64,000 nucleotides of DNA from an uncultured Acidobacteriota bacterium (GTDB lineage Bacteria; Acidobacteriota; Vicinamibacteria; Vicinamibacterales; JAKQTR01), in contig CAVOWJ010000007.1 in the NCBI GenBank assembly GCA_963700065.1, positions 786,637-850,636 of the forward strand, in the 5' to 3' direction. Below the pieces are notes generated by a model. The model did no database searches, was not told the DNA's origin, and saw nothing but the letters and a program-made list of their open reading frames with translations. Shown piece by piece: positions 19,602 through 29,229 of the stretch. A program made the position numbers and the translations under genes. The number at the start of each line of letters is the position of its first letter. Position 1 is the stretch's first letter.

Positions 19602-22081
19602 CTAGCCGATCAGCGCCCGCAGATCGCGCAGTTCCTTCTCCACAGCCCCGGCGTCGGCGTGGCGGCCAGCGGGCTCACGGCTGAAGGCTTGCGCGAAGAA
19701 GGCGTCGACCTCGGGGGGAACGTTCTCGCGCAGCGTCCCCGGCGGCGCCGCCAGTTCGGGCATGACCACGATCCCGTCGTTCGGGCCCGGGAACGGCCGG
19801 ATGCCGGTGAGGGCTTCGTAGAGCACCACCGACAGCGACCAGAGGTCGAAGGCCGGCCGTGGCGGCTGGCCCAGCAGCGCCTCCGGCGACATGTACGCGG
19901 GCGTGCCGACCACGGCGTGGGCGCGGTTGCGGTGGCGGCGGGCGTCGCCGCCCCTGGTCGTGTCCTCCGATGCGGACTCGGCGGCCTGCACAAGCTGCGC
20001 CACGCCGAAGTCGAGGAGCTTGGGCATGCCGGCCTGCGTGAAGCCGATGTTGCCCGGCTTGACGTCGCGGTGGATGATGCCGCGGTCGTGCAGGCGGCCC
20101 AGCACGTCGAGGAGCGTGAGGCCGAGATCGAGCGCGGCCGGGATCGCGATCGGGCCGTCCACGAGGCGGTCTGCCAGCGTGCCGCCAGGCAGGTACTCCT
20201 CGATCACGAACGGCACTCCGCGCCAGGTTTCGACGCCGTACACGACGGCGAGGTTCGGGTGGGTGACCGCAGCCATCGCGCGCGCTTCGGCCCTGAGGCT
20301 GGCCGCGCCCTCCGACGTCACGCGCGGCAGCGTCTTGACAGCCACGAGGCGGTCGAGTTCGAGGTCGCGGGCGAGGTAGACAATACCCATCCCCCCGGTG
20401 CCGAGGCGGCGCTCGAGGCGATAGACGCCGCGGAGCATGTAGGGCGCGGATCCGGTACCGTCCTGGCGCCGCACTGGCACAGGGCGGCGTCCGGCTGGCT
20501 GAGCCTCGTGCACACCTCGCACTCGCGCGCGTTCGGCGCCGGCGCGGCGTCCGGCGTCGTGCGCAGGCGCAGATTGTCGAGCGCCAGCGAGGTGGCCGCG
20601 CCCACGGCGGCCAGCAACTGCCGGTCCTCCTCCGTGTACTCGAGGCCGCTGCGCTTCTGGGTGAGCGCGATGAGGCCGCTGGGCCGGCCGTCGGGCCGCC
20701 TGAGGGCCAGCAGCAGCCTGAACCCGCCATCGAGCAGCCAGCGCTGCTCCTGCTCCGCGAGCCGCCTGAAGGGCGACCGATCGTTGCTCGGGTCCACATC
20801 CATCGGCTCCCTGTCGGCCGCGGCGAGCGTGACGAGGATGGCGTCCTCGGCGATCACGTCCGGCCCGCCGCCCGGGCGCTCGAACCGCCCGCGCGCCTCG
20901 TCGGCGACGAAGAGCGATGCCTCCGCGTGCAGGGATCGCTCGATGGCGTCGCGGAGGCGCCCGGCGAGGTCGCGCGTGTCAACCACGCGCAGGGCTTCGT
21001 GGGTGAGCCGCTCGAGGGTGAGGCGGGCGTCGTGCTGGTCGCGGAGGTACCGGCGGTCGAGCGCGGCCAGCCAGCCGCGCCGCAACCGGAGCGCCGCGAG
21101 CCCTGCGGCGGTGGTCAGGCCCAGCGCCACGGTCCGGGGCCCGGTGAGCAGTTCGGCCAGCGGCTGCTCGCGGTGTTCCACGAGCACCAGGACGAAGGCC
21201 GCGAACGGCACCAGGGTGACGCCGAGGATGGTGTACCGCGCGAGGCCGTACTGGAGAGCCGCGCGCAGGACGACTCGCAGATCGACCACCCGATCGAACA
21301 GCACGGAGTAGGCTGTCACGAGGGGTACCGCGGCGAGCGCGCCAAACAGCACGAGACCCACCGCCAGCTCCACGCCAGGCCGGTGCGAGAATGCCTTGTA
21401 CGACGGGATCGACTCCAGCAGCACCTGCAGGATGAGAGGCAGCGACCCGCCCACGAGCCCGGCGGTGAAGACCAACACCCGATGCCGCTCCTGCGCGCGG
21501 GCGCCCCACGCGCGCAGGACCAGCCACAGGAGCGCGGCGATGCTCAAGGCGTAGACGGTCAGGTAGTAGTAGCTCTGCGCGCCGACCAGGCGGATGAACG
21601 GACCGCGCCAGTCTGGAGGCGCCAGCGGCCACGCCAATGCCGAGAGGTTCACGAGCAGCAGTGCCAGGCCGACGCCCCCCGCCGCCTGCCACGCCAGGCG
21701 GGCGGCCCGCTCGGCGCGCCCGGTCAACCGGGATGGGAACTCGGCCGCGAAGCGCAGCAGCAGGGCCGGCAGAAACGCGTCGACGCGAACACTGAGCAGC
21801 CACTCGAAGCCGCGGGCCGCCGACCCCCGCAGCAGCGGCGTGGCGAGCTGCGTGGCGGCGAGGACGAACGCGCCGCCGAGCCAGAAGGCGCGCGCGTCGT
21901 GGCGGTTGGCGGCCGCCAGCGTCAGGCCCACCACGCAGAACGTCGCCGCCAGCGCCGCGTAGACTTCCAGCGGCAGGGGCGGGCGCACGCCGGCCGCGGC
22001 CGGGTCGGAGAGATAAAGGGCGTAGGTGAGCACCACCTTCGCGGCGGCGAGGGCAACCAGCACGCGAGACCAGATGGGCAC
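19602..22081 (-). CDS. multi-pass membrane sensor / GAF-like / zinc-ribbon / Ser-Thr protein kinase fusion; frame disruption near 20467
   Basis: The sensible part of ORF 20318..23119 starts at GVG... more precisely at GTG 22081 (VPIWSRVLVALAAAKVV...). It has about 10 hydrophobic helices, then a soluble region and CEVC...CQCG. It abuts kinase ORF 19602..20522 (GTGGMGIVYLARD, VAVK, HRDVKPGN, DFG). Confidence 0.7.
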
Positions 22082-22147
22082 GCGGTGATTATAAGGCCGC
22101 CGGTTCCCTGTAGAATGCTCCGTCGTGAAGCCACACGGATCCGGCGG

Positions 22148-23521
22148 ATGAGCGAGCGCGCCCCCGAGCTCCCCCGCACGCTCACCTTCCGCGACCTCCT
22201 CCTCTTCAAGCTCGTGGCCATCGTCAACGTGAGCCTGCTCACGCCGTCGGCCAGCCTCGGCAGGCCCGCGCTCTGGCTGTGGCTGGCGGCGTTCGCGCTG
22301 TTCTTCGTCCCCGAGGTCGTCGCGGTGCTGACGCTGGCGAAGCGGTATCCGGAGGAGGGCGGCATCTACACGTGGGCGGAACGGCGGTTCGGCCCGGCGC
22401 ACGGGTTCGTGTCGGGCTGGTGCTACTGGACGGGCAACCTCTTCTACTTCCCCATGCAGCTGGTCTACCTGGCCGGCGTGCTGGCGTACGCCGCGCAGGG
22501 ATCGGCCAGCGCGCTGGTGGACGACAAGACGTTCGTGGCCGCGGTGGCCGTGGCCTGGCTGGCGCTCGTGACCGTGCTGAACTTCGTCGGCCTCGGCGTC
22601 GGCAAGTGGCTGCCGAACGTCGGCGCCGTCTGCACGGCGTTCACGGCCGCGCTCATCGCCGGCGCGGGTGTCGTGGCGTGGCAAGCGGGCGCCGCGGCGC
22701 CGCCGAGGCCCGACCTGCCGTCGGCCGGCGAGGTCTTCTCGGGGCTGAGCGTCATGTGCTTCGCGTTCATGGGCGTGGAGCTCGTGTCGTCGATGGGCAG
22801 CGAGATCCGGCACCCGGACCGCGACCTGCCGCGCGCGGCGATGGCGGCCGGCGCCGCCACGCTCGGCATCTACCTCGCCGTCACGTGGTCGCTGCAGCAG
22901 CTGCTGCCGGCGTCGGACATCGGGGCGATCGAAGGCATCCTGCAGGGCGTCGATCTCGGCGTGAGGCGCCTGGGCCTCGAGCGCCTGGCCGCCCCGCTCG
23001 CCGGCGTGATGGCCGTGTCGCTCGCCGGCGGCCTCGCGGCCTGGTACGCCGGCTCGACGCGCATCCCGTTCGTGGCGGGCTTCAATCACGCGCTGCCCGC
23101 GGCGCTCGGCCGCGTGCATCCGCGATGGGGATCGCCCTACGTGGCGCTCCTCACGCAGGGCGCGCTCACGCTCGGCTTCATCGCGCTGACGATGTGGGGG
23201 TCGACCGTGCGGGAGGCGTATCAGGTGCTGCTGCGATCGTCGGTGGTCACCACGCTCATCCCGTTCAGCTACATGTTCCTCGTGCTGACCTTCCTGGATG
23301 GCGTGCCCGAGTGGAAGCGCGCGGCGGGCGTGGTGGGACTGCTGGTGAGCGTGGCCGGGATGATCGCCGCGTTCGTGCCCGGCAACGACGTGTCCAACGT
23401 GGCGTGGTACGAGGTGAAACTACTGGCCGGGTCCGTGCTGCCGCTGGCCGTGGGCCTGGCGTTCTTCCTGGCCGCCCGCTACCGGGCGCGGCAGGCCTTG
23501 CCTGCCCTGAGCGAGCGGTAG
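22148..23521 (+). CDS. APC superfamily amino-acid permease
   Basis: Only the part of ORF 20927..23521 from MSERAPELPRTLTFRDLLLFKLVAIVN reads sensibly. About 12 hydrophobic segments. It is divergent from the kinase gene. Confidence 0.85.
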   Translation: MSERAPELPRTLTFRDLLLFKLVAIVNVSLLTPSASLGRPALWLWLAAFALFFVPEVVAVLTLAKRYPEEGGIYTWAERRFGPAHGFVSGWCYWTGNLFYFPMQLVYLAGVLAYAAQGSASALVDDKTFVAAVAVAWLALVTVLNFVGLGVGKWLPNVGAVCTAFTAALIAGAGVVAWQAGAAAPPRPDLPSAGEVFSGLSVMCFAFMGVELVSSMGSEIRHPDRDLPRAAMAAGAATLGIYLAVTWSLQQLLPASDIGAIEGILQGVDLGVRRLGLERLAAPLAGVMAVSLAGGLAAWYAGSTRIPFVAGFNHALPAALGRVHPRWGSPYVALLTQGALTLGFIALTMWGSTVREAYQVLLRSSVVTTLIPFSYMFLVLTFLDGVPEWKRAAGVVGLLVSVAGMIAAFVPGNDVSNVAWYEVKLLAGSVLPLAVGLAFFLAARYRARQALPALSER

Positions 23522-23536
23522 CGAGTCAAAGGGCCC

Positions 23537-23564
23537 CTCGCCTCTCGCCTCTCGCCTCTCGCCT
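23537..23564. repeat. CTCGCCT heptamer x4 (plus degenerate copies) between convergent genes
   Basis: Direct reading: ctcgcct ctcgcct ctcgcct ctcgcct ctcccct. Confidence 0.6.
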
Positions 23565-23592
23565 CTCCCCTATCTCCTCTGGCCTCTTGCCA

Positions 23593-25398
23593 CTACCGGG
23601 CGAGGCCGACGGCGTCCGCGTTCCAGAGGATGGGCGGGCGGACGGGCGCTGGCGTGGCGCCGGCGACGCGCGTGCTCGTGGCCACGTAGACGCGCGGCAC
23701 GGCGAAGTAGATGATCGGCAGGTGCTCGGCGAGCAGTTTCTGCGCGTCGAGGAAGAGCTGGCGCCGGCGGCTCGGGTCGCGGTCGCCGGCCATCTGGGTC
23801 ATGAGCGTGTCGATCTGCTTCTCCCACGGCGTGGCCGGCACCGCCTGCTCCATGTTCCAGACGTGCGCGCCGCCCGAGCTGAGCCAGAAGTCCATGCTCA
23901 TCGCCGGGTCGGTGTCGGTGGTGAGGAAGCGGAAGTAGAGGGCGTCGTAGTCGCCCTTCGTCATGCGATCGACGAGCGCGCCCACCTCGAGCGGCACCAC
24001 GTCGACGGCGAGGCCCACCTTTTTCAGCTCGTCGCGGATGAGGGCCGCGCCCTTTTCGAGCGCCGTGTTCCCCTTCTGCGTCACCAGCGCGAAGCGCGCG
24101 GGCGCGCCGGCGGCGTCCTCGAGCATGCCGTCACTGTTCGCGTCGCGCAGGCCGAGGCCGGCGAGCAGCGTGCGCGCGCGGCCCATGTCGTAGGCCTCGC
24201 GGGTGATGGCGCCCTCCGGCGCGAACCACGCCGTGTTGGCCGGCGTGATCGGCCCCCACAGCGGCTCGGCCGCGCCCAGGAAGACCTCGTCGGCGAAGGC
24301 GCGCCGGTTCACGGCGTGCGACACGGCGCGGCGCAGCTCGACGCGCGAGAGCCACGGCCGGCCCTCGTGCGCCTTCGCGCCGGGCTTCAGGTTGAACCAG
24401 AACGCGTCGGCGTCGTAGGCCGTGCCGGCATCCACCAGGCGCAGCTTCCCGGCCGCCGCGTCACGCTTGAGCGCGGCGTAATCGTCGGGCCGGATCTCGC
24501 TCTGGGTGAGATCGGCCTGTCCGGCCTGCACGCGCAGCAGTTCGGCGTTCTGATCGGGCGTGATCTCGAGCGTGAGCCGGTCCAGATACGGCAGCGGCGT
24601 GCCCGCGCCGTCCTTCCGCCAGTACTTCGCGTTGCGCGCGAGCACCAGGCGCTGGCCGGGCTGGTAGGCTTCGATGACGAACGCCCCGAGGCCCACGATG
24701 TCGGAAGGCGGTGTGGCCGGGCCCCACTGCTGGCGGAGCGTGCCGGCCTTGAGCGCGGCCTCCAGCCTGTGCTTCGGCAGGATCGGCAGCATGTCGAGCA
24801 GGCGCAGGCCCGGGCCGAAGACCGACGGGAACGTCATCACCACCGTCTGTGCGTCGGGCGCTTTCACCGCGATGGGCTTGCCGCCCACGAGCAGGGCGTC
24901 GCCGAGGTGGCTGCCCGTCTTCTCGTCGTACGCCGCCTGGAACGAAAAGACGACGTCGGCCGACGTGAACGGCGCGCCGTCCGAGAACGTCACGCCCCGG
25001 CGCAGCTTCAGCGTGCACGACAGCGCATCGGGCGAGCAGGTGTACGACTCGGCCAGCCAGGGCTCCACCTCCTGCGTGGCGCGGTTGACGCGCAGCAGGC
25101 GCGCCTGCGTGAGCGAGACGACGAGCGTGGACGCGAAGTCGCGGCCGGCGTGCGGGTTGAACGTGCGCGGCTCGCTGCGCATGGTCGCGACGAGCGATCC
25201 GCCGCGAGCGGGTGCGGTCTGGATGGAGGTCGACCCTTCAGGGTCGACGCGCGTCGAGGCTGCCCTCGACTCCGCTCGGGCCGAGGAAGCCTCGACCTCC
25301 AGGTGCGCCGCTGCGCCGTACCACCCCCTCGGCCCGCTGGTGGTGGCCACCAGCCCTGCCATCGCCACAGCCACCCAGAGTCGAGACACAGTTGTCAT
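23593..25398 (-). CDS. ABC transporter substrate-binding protein, family 5 (peptide/nickel type)
   Basis: ORF track 612 aa. Preferred start is MTTVSRLWVAVAMAGLVA (signal peptide). Overall family-5 SBP-like sequence. No cognate permease or ATPase genes lie in the window. Confidence 0.8.
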   Translation of the reverse strand: MTTVSRLWVAVAMAGLVATTSGPRGWYGAAAHLEVEASSARAESRAASTRVDPEGSTSIQTAPARGGSLVATMRSEPRTFNPHAGRDFASTLVVSLTQARLLRVNRATQEVEPWLAESYTCSPDALSCTLKLRRGVTFSDGAPFTSADVVFSFQAAYDEKTGSHLGDALLVGGKPIAVKAPDAQTVVMTFPSVFGPGLRLLDMLPILPKHRLEAALKAGTLRQQWGPATPPSDIVGLGAFVIEAYQPGQRLVLARNAKYWRKDGAGTPLPYLDRLTLEITPDQNAELLRVQAGQADLTQSEIRPDDYAALKRDAAAGKLRLVDAGTAYDADAFWFNLKPGAKAHEGRPWLSRVELRRAVSHAVNRRAFADEVFLGAAEPLWGPITPANTAWFAPEGAITREAYDMGRARTLLAGLGLRDANSDGMLEDAAGAPARFALVTQKGNTALEKGAALIRDELKKVGLAVDVVPLEVGALVDRMTKGDYDALYFRFLTTDTDPAMSMDFWLSSGGAHVWNMEQAVPATPWEKQIDTLMTQMAGDRDPSRRRQLFLDAQKLLAEHLPIIYFAVPRVYVATSTRVAGATPAPVRPPILWNADAVGLAR

Positions 25399-25564
25399 CC
25401 TCGACACCTCGCTGTCGATGTATCGGCGCAACCGCCCTGTTCCCGCACGGTTTCAGCGGAACTTCAGCCGGCCGAACACCCGGCTCAGGCCGGGCGACAC
25501 GATCTGGGTGACCGACGCGAAGGGTCGGGAGGTCAAGGGCCGGATCCTGCCGCTCGGCAGCGAC

Positions 25565-25602
25565 GGGGACAGTCCCCTTTACCCGGGCAGGGGACAGTCC
25601 CC
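25565..25602. repeat. two copies of the palindrome GGGGACAGTCCCC, 25 bp apart (REP-like hairpins)
   Basis: 25565-25577 and 25590-25602. Each is a 6-bp inverted repeat around one base. Intergenic. Confidence 0.6.
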
Positions 25603-25790
25603 TTTTCGGTGCCACCGACCGCCGGCCGCCGCCCGGATGCGGGCCTGCGGATTGCCCCTTGGCCGACCGGCCAGGATCTTGGCCGGTCTCGCGAAGCCCG
25701 CCCCGGCCTCCCCGCCGGGCCTCTCCCCGTAAATGTCTCATTCTGATACAGTTCGCGCCCTCGACGGGAAATCCCTGATTTCTCTGCAGT

Positions 25791-25806
25791 TGGCATCGTC
25801 TTCGCT
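25791..25806 (+). promoter_or_regulatory. sigma-54 type -24/-12-like motif upstream of S8 protease 1
   Basis: TGGCATCGTCTTCGCT has the GG-N10-GC spacing of the TGGCAC-N5-TTGCW consensus. It lies about 107 nt before ATG 25913. Confidence 0.3.
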
Positions 25807-25912
25807 CAATGCGGGGCGGGGGCTCGTGTAGCGTCTTCCATCCCGGGAGGCGCCCACGGGTCCAGCAGACCCGGACGGACCAGTTGGACGCCACCGGGGC
25901 ACGGAGGACGAG

Positions 25913-27838
25913 ATGAGCGGCGGATTCTCGATGGTGCGGCGGTGGTTGGCGATGGTGCTGGGCGCGGCGCTCCTGGTGGCGCTGGCGATGCCGGCAGCGG
26001 CGCAGCACCGGGCGCGGCTGTCGAAGGACCTGTCCGACGAGCTGGGCTCGCCCACCCGCGCGGCGCTGCAGGTGATTGTGCAGGGCGACAGCGCGCAGGC
26101 GCAGCAGCTGGCGGCCCGCCTCGGCCTCCGCGTGAAGAAGGTGCTCGAGTCGGGGACCGTGCTCGAGGGCTCGGCCGGCCAGATCGAGGCCGCCGCCGCC
26201 GATCCCGAGGTTGGTCACCTCTCGCTCGACGCCGAGGTGAAGGGCCAGATGGCCGTCACCCGCGAGGCCATCGGCGCCTCGCTGGTCTACGGCAACTTCG
26301 TGCGTGAGCGCGGCTACACCGGCAAGAACGTCACCATCGCCGTCATCGACTCGGGCATCGACGCCGGCTACCCCGGCCTGCAGGGCCGCCTCGTCTACAG
26401 CAAGGACTTCACCGGCACAGGCCTCGACGACCAGTTCGGCCACGGCACGCACATCGTGGACCTCATCGCCGGCGCCGAGCACGGCGGCAACTTCGGCGGC
26501 GTGGCGCCCGAGGCGCGCATCGTGTCGCTGAAGGTGCTCAAGGCCGACGGCAGCGGGCAGACGAGCGACGTCCTCGCGGCCCTCGACTGGGTGCGCCAGA
26601 ACCGCGTCCGCTACCAGATCCGCGTCGTCAACCTCTCGCTCGGCCACCCCGTGTTCGAGTCGTACCAGGACGACCCGCTCGCGCAGGCTGTGCAGCGCCT
26701 CATCGACGACGGCGTGGTGGTGGTGGCCTCGGCGGGCAACTACGGCAAGGTGAAGGTGGACGGCGTGGACGTGCCCGTGTTCGGCGGCATCTCCTCGCCG
26801 GGCAACCTGCCGGACGTCATCACCGTGGGCGCGCTGAACACGTTCGGCACCGTCGACCGCGGCGACGACTCGGTGGCCACCTACAGCTCGAAGGGCCCGA
26901 GCGCGTTCGACAAGGTGCTCAAGCCGGATCTGGTGGCGCCCGGCAACAAGCTCTGGGCGTACATGGCGGCCGGCACCACCGTGCCCGGCGGCATTCCCGA
27001 GCAGTACCTGGGCACCGCGCCCGACGGCTCGCCGCTTATCGCCATGAGCGGCACCAGCGAATCGGCCGGCGTCGTCGCAGGCGTGGTCGCGCTGATGCTC
27101 GAAGCCAACCCGTCGCTGCGCCACGCGCACGTGAAGATGGCACTGCAGTTGTCGGCCGAGTTCCTGCCGGAAGGCGTGCTGGTAGGCGGCTCGGGCAGCC
27201 TGAACGCGGCCGGCGCCGTGTGGATGGCGAAGAACGGCCCGAGCCCGAAGGTGCCCACCGCGCTCATCGGCGGCGATGAGATCGCGGGGAGCGGGGTGCT
27301 GTTCTGGACCGGCAGGAAGAGCGGCCTGCGCGACATCGTCGATGGCGATCGCATCATCTGGGGCGACCGGATCATCTGGGGCGACCGGATCATCTGGGGC
27401 GACCGGATCATCTGGGGCGACCGGATCATCTGGGGCGATCGCATCATCTGGGGCGACCGGATCATCTGGGGCGACCGGATCATCTGGGGCGATCGCATCA
27501 TCTGGGGCGACCGGATCATCTGGGGCGACCGCATCATCTGGGGCGACCGGATCATCTGGGGCGACCGCATCATCTGGGGTGACCGCATCATCTGGGGCGA
27601 CCGGATCATCTGGGGCGACCGCATCATCTGGGGTGACCGCATCATCTGGGGCGACCGCATCATCTGGGGCGACCGCATCATCTGGGGCGACCGCATCATC
27701 TGGGGCGACCGCATCATCTGGGGCGACCGCATCATCTGGGGCGATCGCATCATCTGGGGCGACCGGATCATCTGGGGCGATCGCATCATCTGGGGCGACC
27801 GGATCATCTGGGGCGACCGCATCATCTGGGGCGACTGA
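25913..27838 (+). CDS. secreted S8 (subtilisin-like) serine peptidase with C-terminal (DRIIWG)x27 array
   Basis: ORF track 641 aa. SD GGAGGA. Signal peptide. Triad contexts VIDSGID, HGTHIVD and SGTSESAG. Confidence 0.9.
   Translation: MSGGFSMVRRWLAMVLGAALLVALAMPAAAQHRARLSKDLSDELGSPTRAALQVIVQGDSAQAQQLAARLGLRVKKVLESGTVLEGSAGQIEAAAADPEVGHLSLDAEVKGQMAVTREAIGASLVYGNFVRERGYTGKNVTIAVIDSGIDAGYPGLQGRLVYSKDFTGTGLDDQFGHGTHIVDLIAGAEHGGNFGGVAPEARIVSLKVLKADGSGQTSDVLAALDWVRQNRVRYQIRVVNLSLGHPVFESYQDDPLAQAVQRLIDDGVVVVASAGNYGKVKVDGVDVPVFGGISSPGNLPDVITVGALNTFGTVDRGDDSVATYSSKGPSAFDKVLKPDLVAPGNKLWAYMAAGTTVPGGIPEQYLGTAPDGSPLIAMSGTSESAGVVAGVVALMLEANPSLRHAHVKMALQLSAEFLPEGVLVGGSGSLNAAGAVWMAKNGPSPKVPTALIGGDEIAGSGVLFWTGRKSGLRDIVDGDRIIWGDRIIWGDRIIWGDRIIWGDRIIWGDRIIWGDRIIWGDRIIWGDRIIWGDRIIWGDRIIWGDRIIWGDRIIWGDRIIWGDRIIWGDRIIWGDRIIWGDRIIWGDRIIWGDRIIWGDRIIWGDRIIWGDRIIWGDRIIWGDRIIWGDRIIWGDRIIWGD
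27347..27835 (+). repeat. 18-bp in-frame tandem repeat x27 encoding DRIIWG
   Basis: 489 nt. Unit variants are GGCGACCGG/GGCGATCGC/GGCGACCGC/GGTGACCGC + ATCATCTGG. All the differences are synonymous. Confidence 0.95.
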
Positions 27839-28085
27839 CCGGGCGTAGCCCTGCTCTTCACGCCGCACCCGCCGGTGCTTCTTCATCTTTCGGCCGGCGG
27901 TTGCGGCGTTCGTTTGTCTGCCAGCCGGCCCCTGGCCTACGCGTGCCGCCCGGCAACGGCCTCGAAGCATTGCGCCTGGACCCCGAATCCGGCTGGTCCG
28001 GATCCGATCACGCATTGCCAGCAGGGGTCGAACTTCTGCTCGGGCACAAGCTCGGGTCGCGGTACGCGGTGGTACTACGAGTGTG

Positions 28086-28262
28086 ATGGCGAGTGTCGTC
28101 TCATCCGGATCGAATGAGTGTAAGCTGCCCACGGCGCCTATCGGCGACGATGAGATCGCGGGGAGCGGGGTGCTGTTCTGGACCGGCCAGACGACCGGCC
28201 TGCGCGACATCGTCGACGGCGACAGGATCATCTGGGGCGATCGGATTATCTGGGGCGACTGA
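28086..28262 (+). pseudogene. remnant of an S8 protease C-terminus (tail plus 2 IIWGD units), preserved as a 58-codon mini-ORF
   Basis: From 28125 it reads LPTAPIGDDEIAGSGVLFWTGQTTGLRDIVDGDRIIWGDRIIWGD*. This is collinear with 27250-27360 of S8 gene 1. Confidence 0.6.
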
Positions 28263-28644
28263 GGGGCTGCTGTCTTGCGACCGGGCACTGAGTGCGTTAC
28301 TCGTCGCGCTTGGCACCGTCATGTTGCGCGCGGGGATTCAAGCGAGGTCACGGGGGCACATCACCCCGCGTCGAGACCGACGGGTGCAGCATGACATTGT
28401 CGAAGGCAACGCAGTTCGCAGCGGACGCCGCGGTAGTGACCCTCTGTGTCGGTGTGGCGGTACAACTGCTTCACCATGCAACACCGAGGACGAGTGCCAT
28501 CGAGGAACGAAGCCGTCTCTCGGGGCGCATCAGGCGTGCGTCGGGATTCGTCCGGATTGGCTGGAAGTACCGCACCGACGGGAGCGGTGCTCGCGGTACT
28601 GCATTGTCACGGTGTCACCTCCAATGCTCCGTCAGTAGGCGCTA

Positions 28645-28660
28645 TGGCACCAATCCGGCA
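28645..28660 (+). promoter_or_regulatory. weak sigma-54 type -24/-12-like motif upstream of 28704 gene
   Basis: TGGCACCAATCCGGCA has GG-N10-GC spacing, but the -12 region is a poor match. It lies about 44 nt before the ATG. Confidence 0.2.
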
Positions 28661-28703
28661 AACCGTAGAGTGGAGTTGGTAGGATCGCATCCAAGGAGTT
28701 CTT

Positions 28704-29171
28704 ATGAAAGCGATCGCGAAGCTGGTGGTAGTCCTTGTTACCTGTATTCCGCTCGCGGCACAGGCCCCGCACGATCTCTCCGGGACCTGGCGCTTGGACC
28801 CGATACAATCGGGCGGACCCCGCCCCGCAGGTCAGCTCCCTGTCGTGCTGATCGTTCAGCAGGACGCCGATCGGTTGACGATGGAGCATAGAAGCGGAGA
28901 CAAGTCGATAACTTCGACGTACAGTTTCGACGGCTCTCCGATCTCGACGACGAGTTCGATCGGGCGTCAGACCGTGGGCAAGGCAAGATGGGAGAAGGAC
29001 ACGCTTGTCATCGAGGGAGCGGAGAAAACCCCCGGCGGCGGTACGCTTGTGTTGAGGGTAGAGGTTGAACGCTCGGCGGACGGGAATACCCTGCTTGTTA
29101 CGGAAACCCGAGACAACGGCAATACTCGCTTTACGTCGAAGTCGGTATTCGTGAAGGAGTCTGCTCGCTAG
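28704..29171 (+). CDS. small secreted hypothetical protein (lipocalin-like size, beta-rich)
   Basis: ORF track 155 aa. SD AAGGAG. Signal peptide MKAIAKLVVVLVTCIPLAAQA. GC is visibly lower than in the flanks. Confidence 0.7.
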   Translation: MKAIAKLVVVLVTCIPLAAQAPHDLSGTWRLDPIQSGGPRPAGQLPVVLIVQQDADRLTMEHRSGDKSITSTYSFDGSPISTTSSIGRQTVGKARWEKDTLVIEGAEKTPGGGTLVLRVEVERSADGNTLLVTETRDNGNTRFTSKSVFVKESAR

Positions 29172-29229
29172 CCCATAGCCCCGGTGGACGGCCGCGGGCG
29201 AGGCCCGGGGCGTCCACTCGCACACGGCC

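Noticed and set aside
27347-27835. The 18-bp tandem array considered as a CRISPR array or non-coding satellite.
   Set aside because: There are no spacers, because the units are directly adjacent. The array is in frame inside a well-supported S8 ORF. All variation is synonymous.
26881-27861. Minus-strand ORF through the repeat (MMRSPQMIRSPQ..., 326 aa), and its analogue at 33878..34564.
   Set aside because: It is an antisense artefact of the repeat. Upstream of the repeat it reads as the antisense of conserved S8 sequence.
20927-28288. Very long ORFs such as 22279..25746 (+, 1155 aa), 25238..28288 (-, 1016 aa) and the N-terminal 400 aa of 20927..23521.
   Set aside because: Their composition is Arg/Gly/Ala/Pro-rich and low-complexity. 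They run antisense to, or out of frame with, genes that have clear family motifs (SBP, S8 protease, kinase). They are the GC-driven shadow ORFs expected in this base composition.
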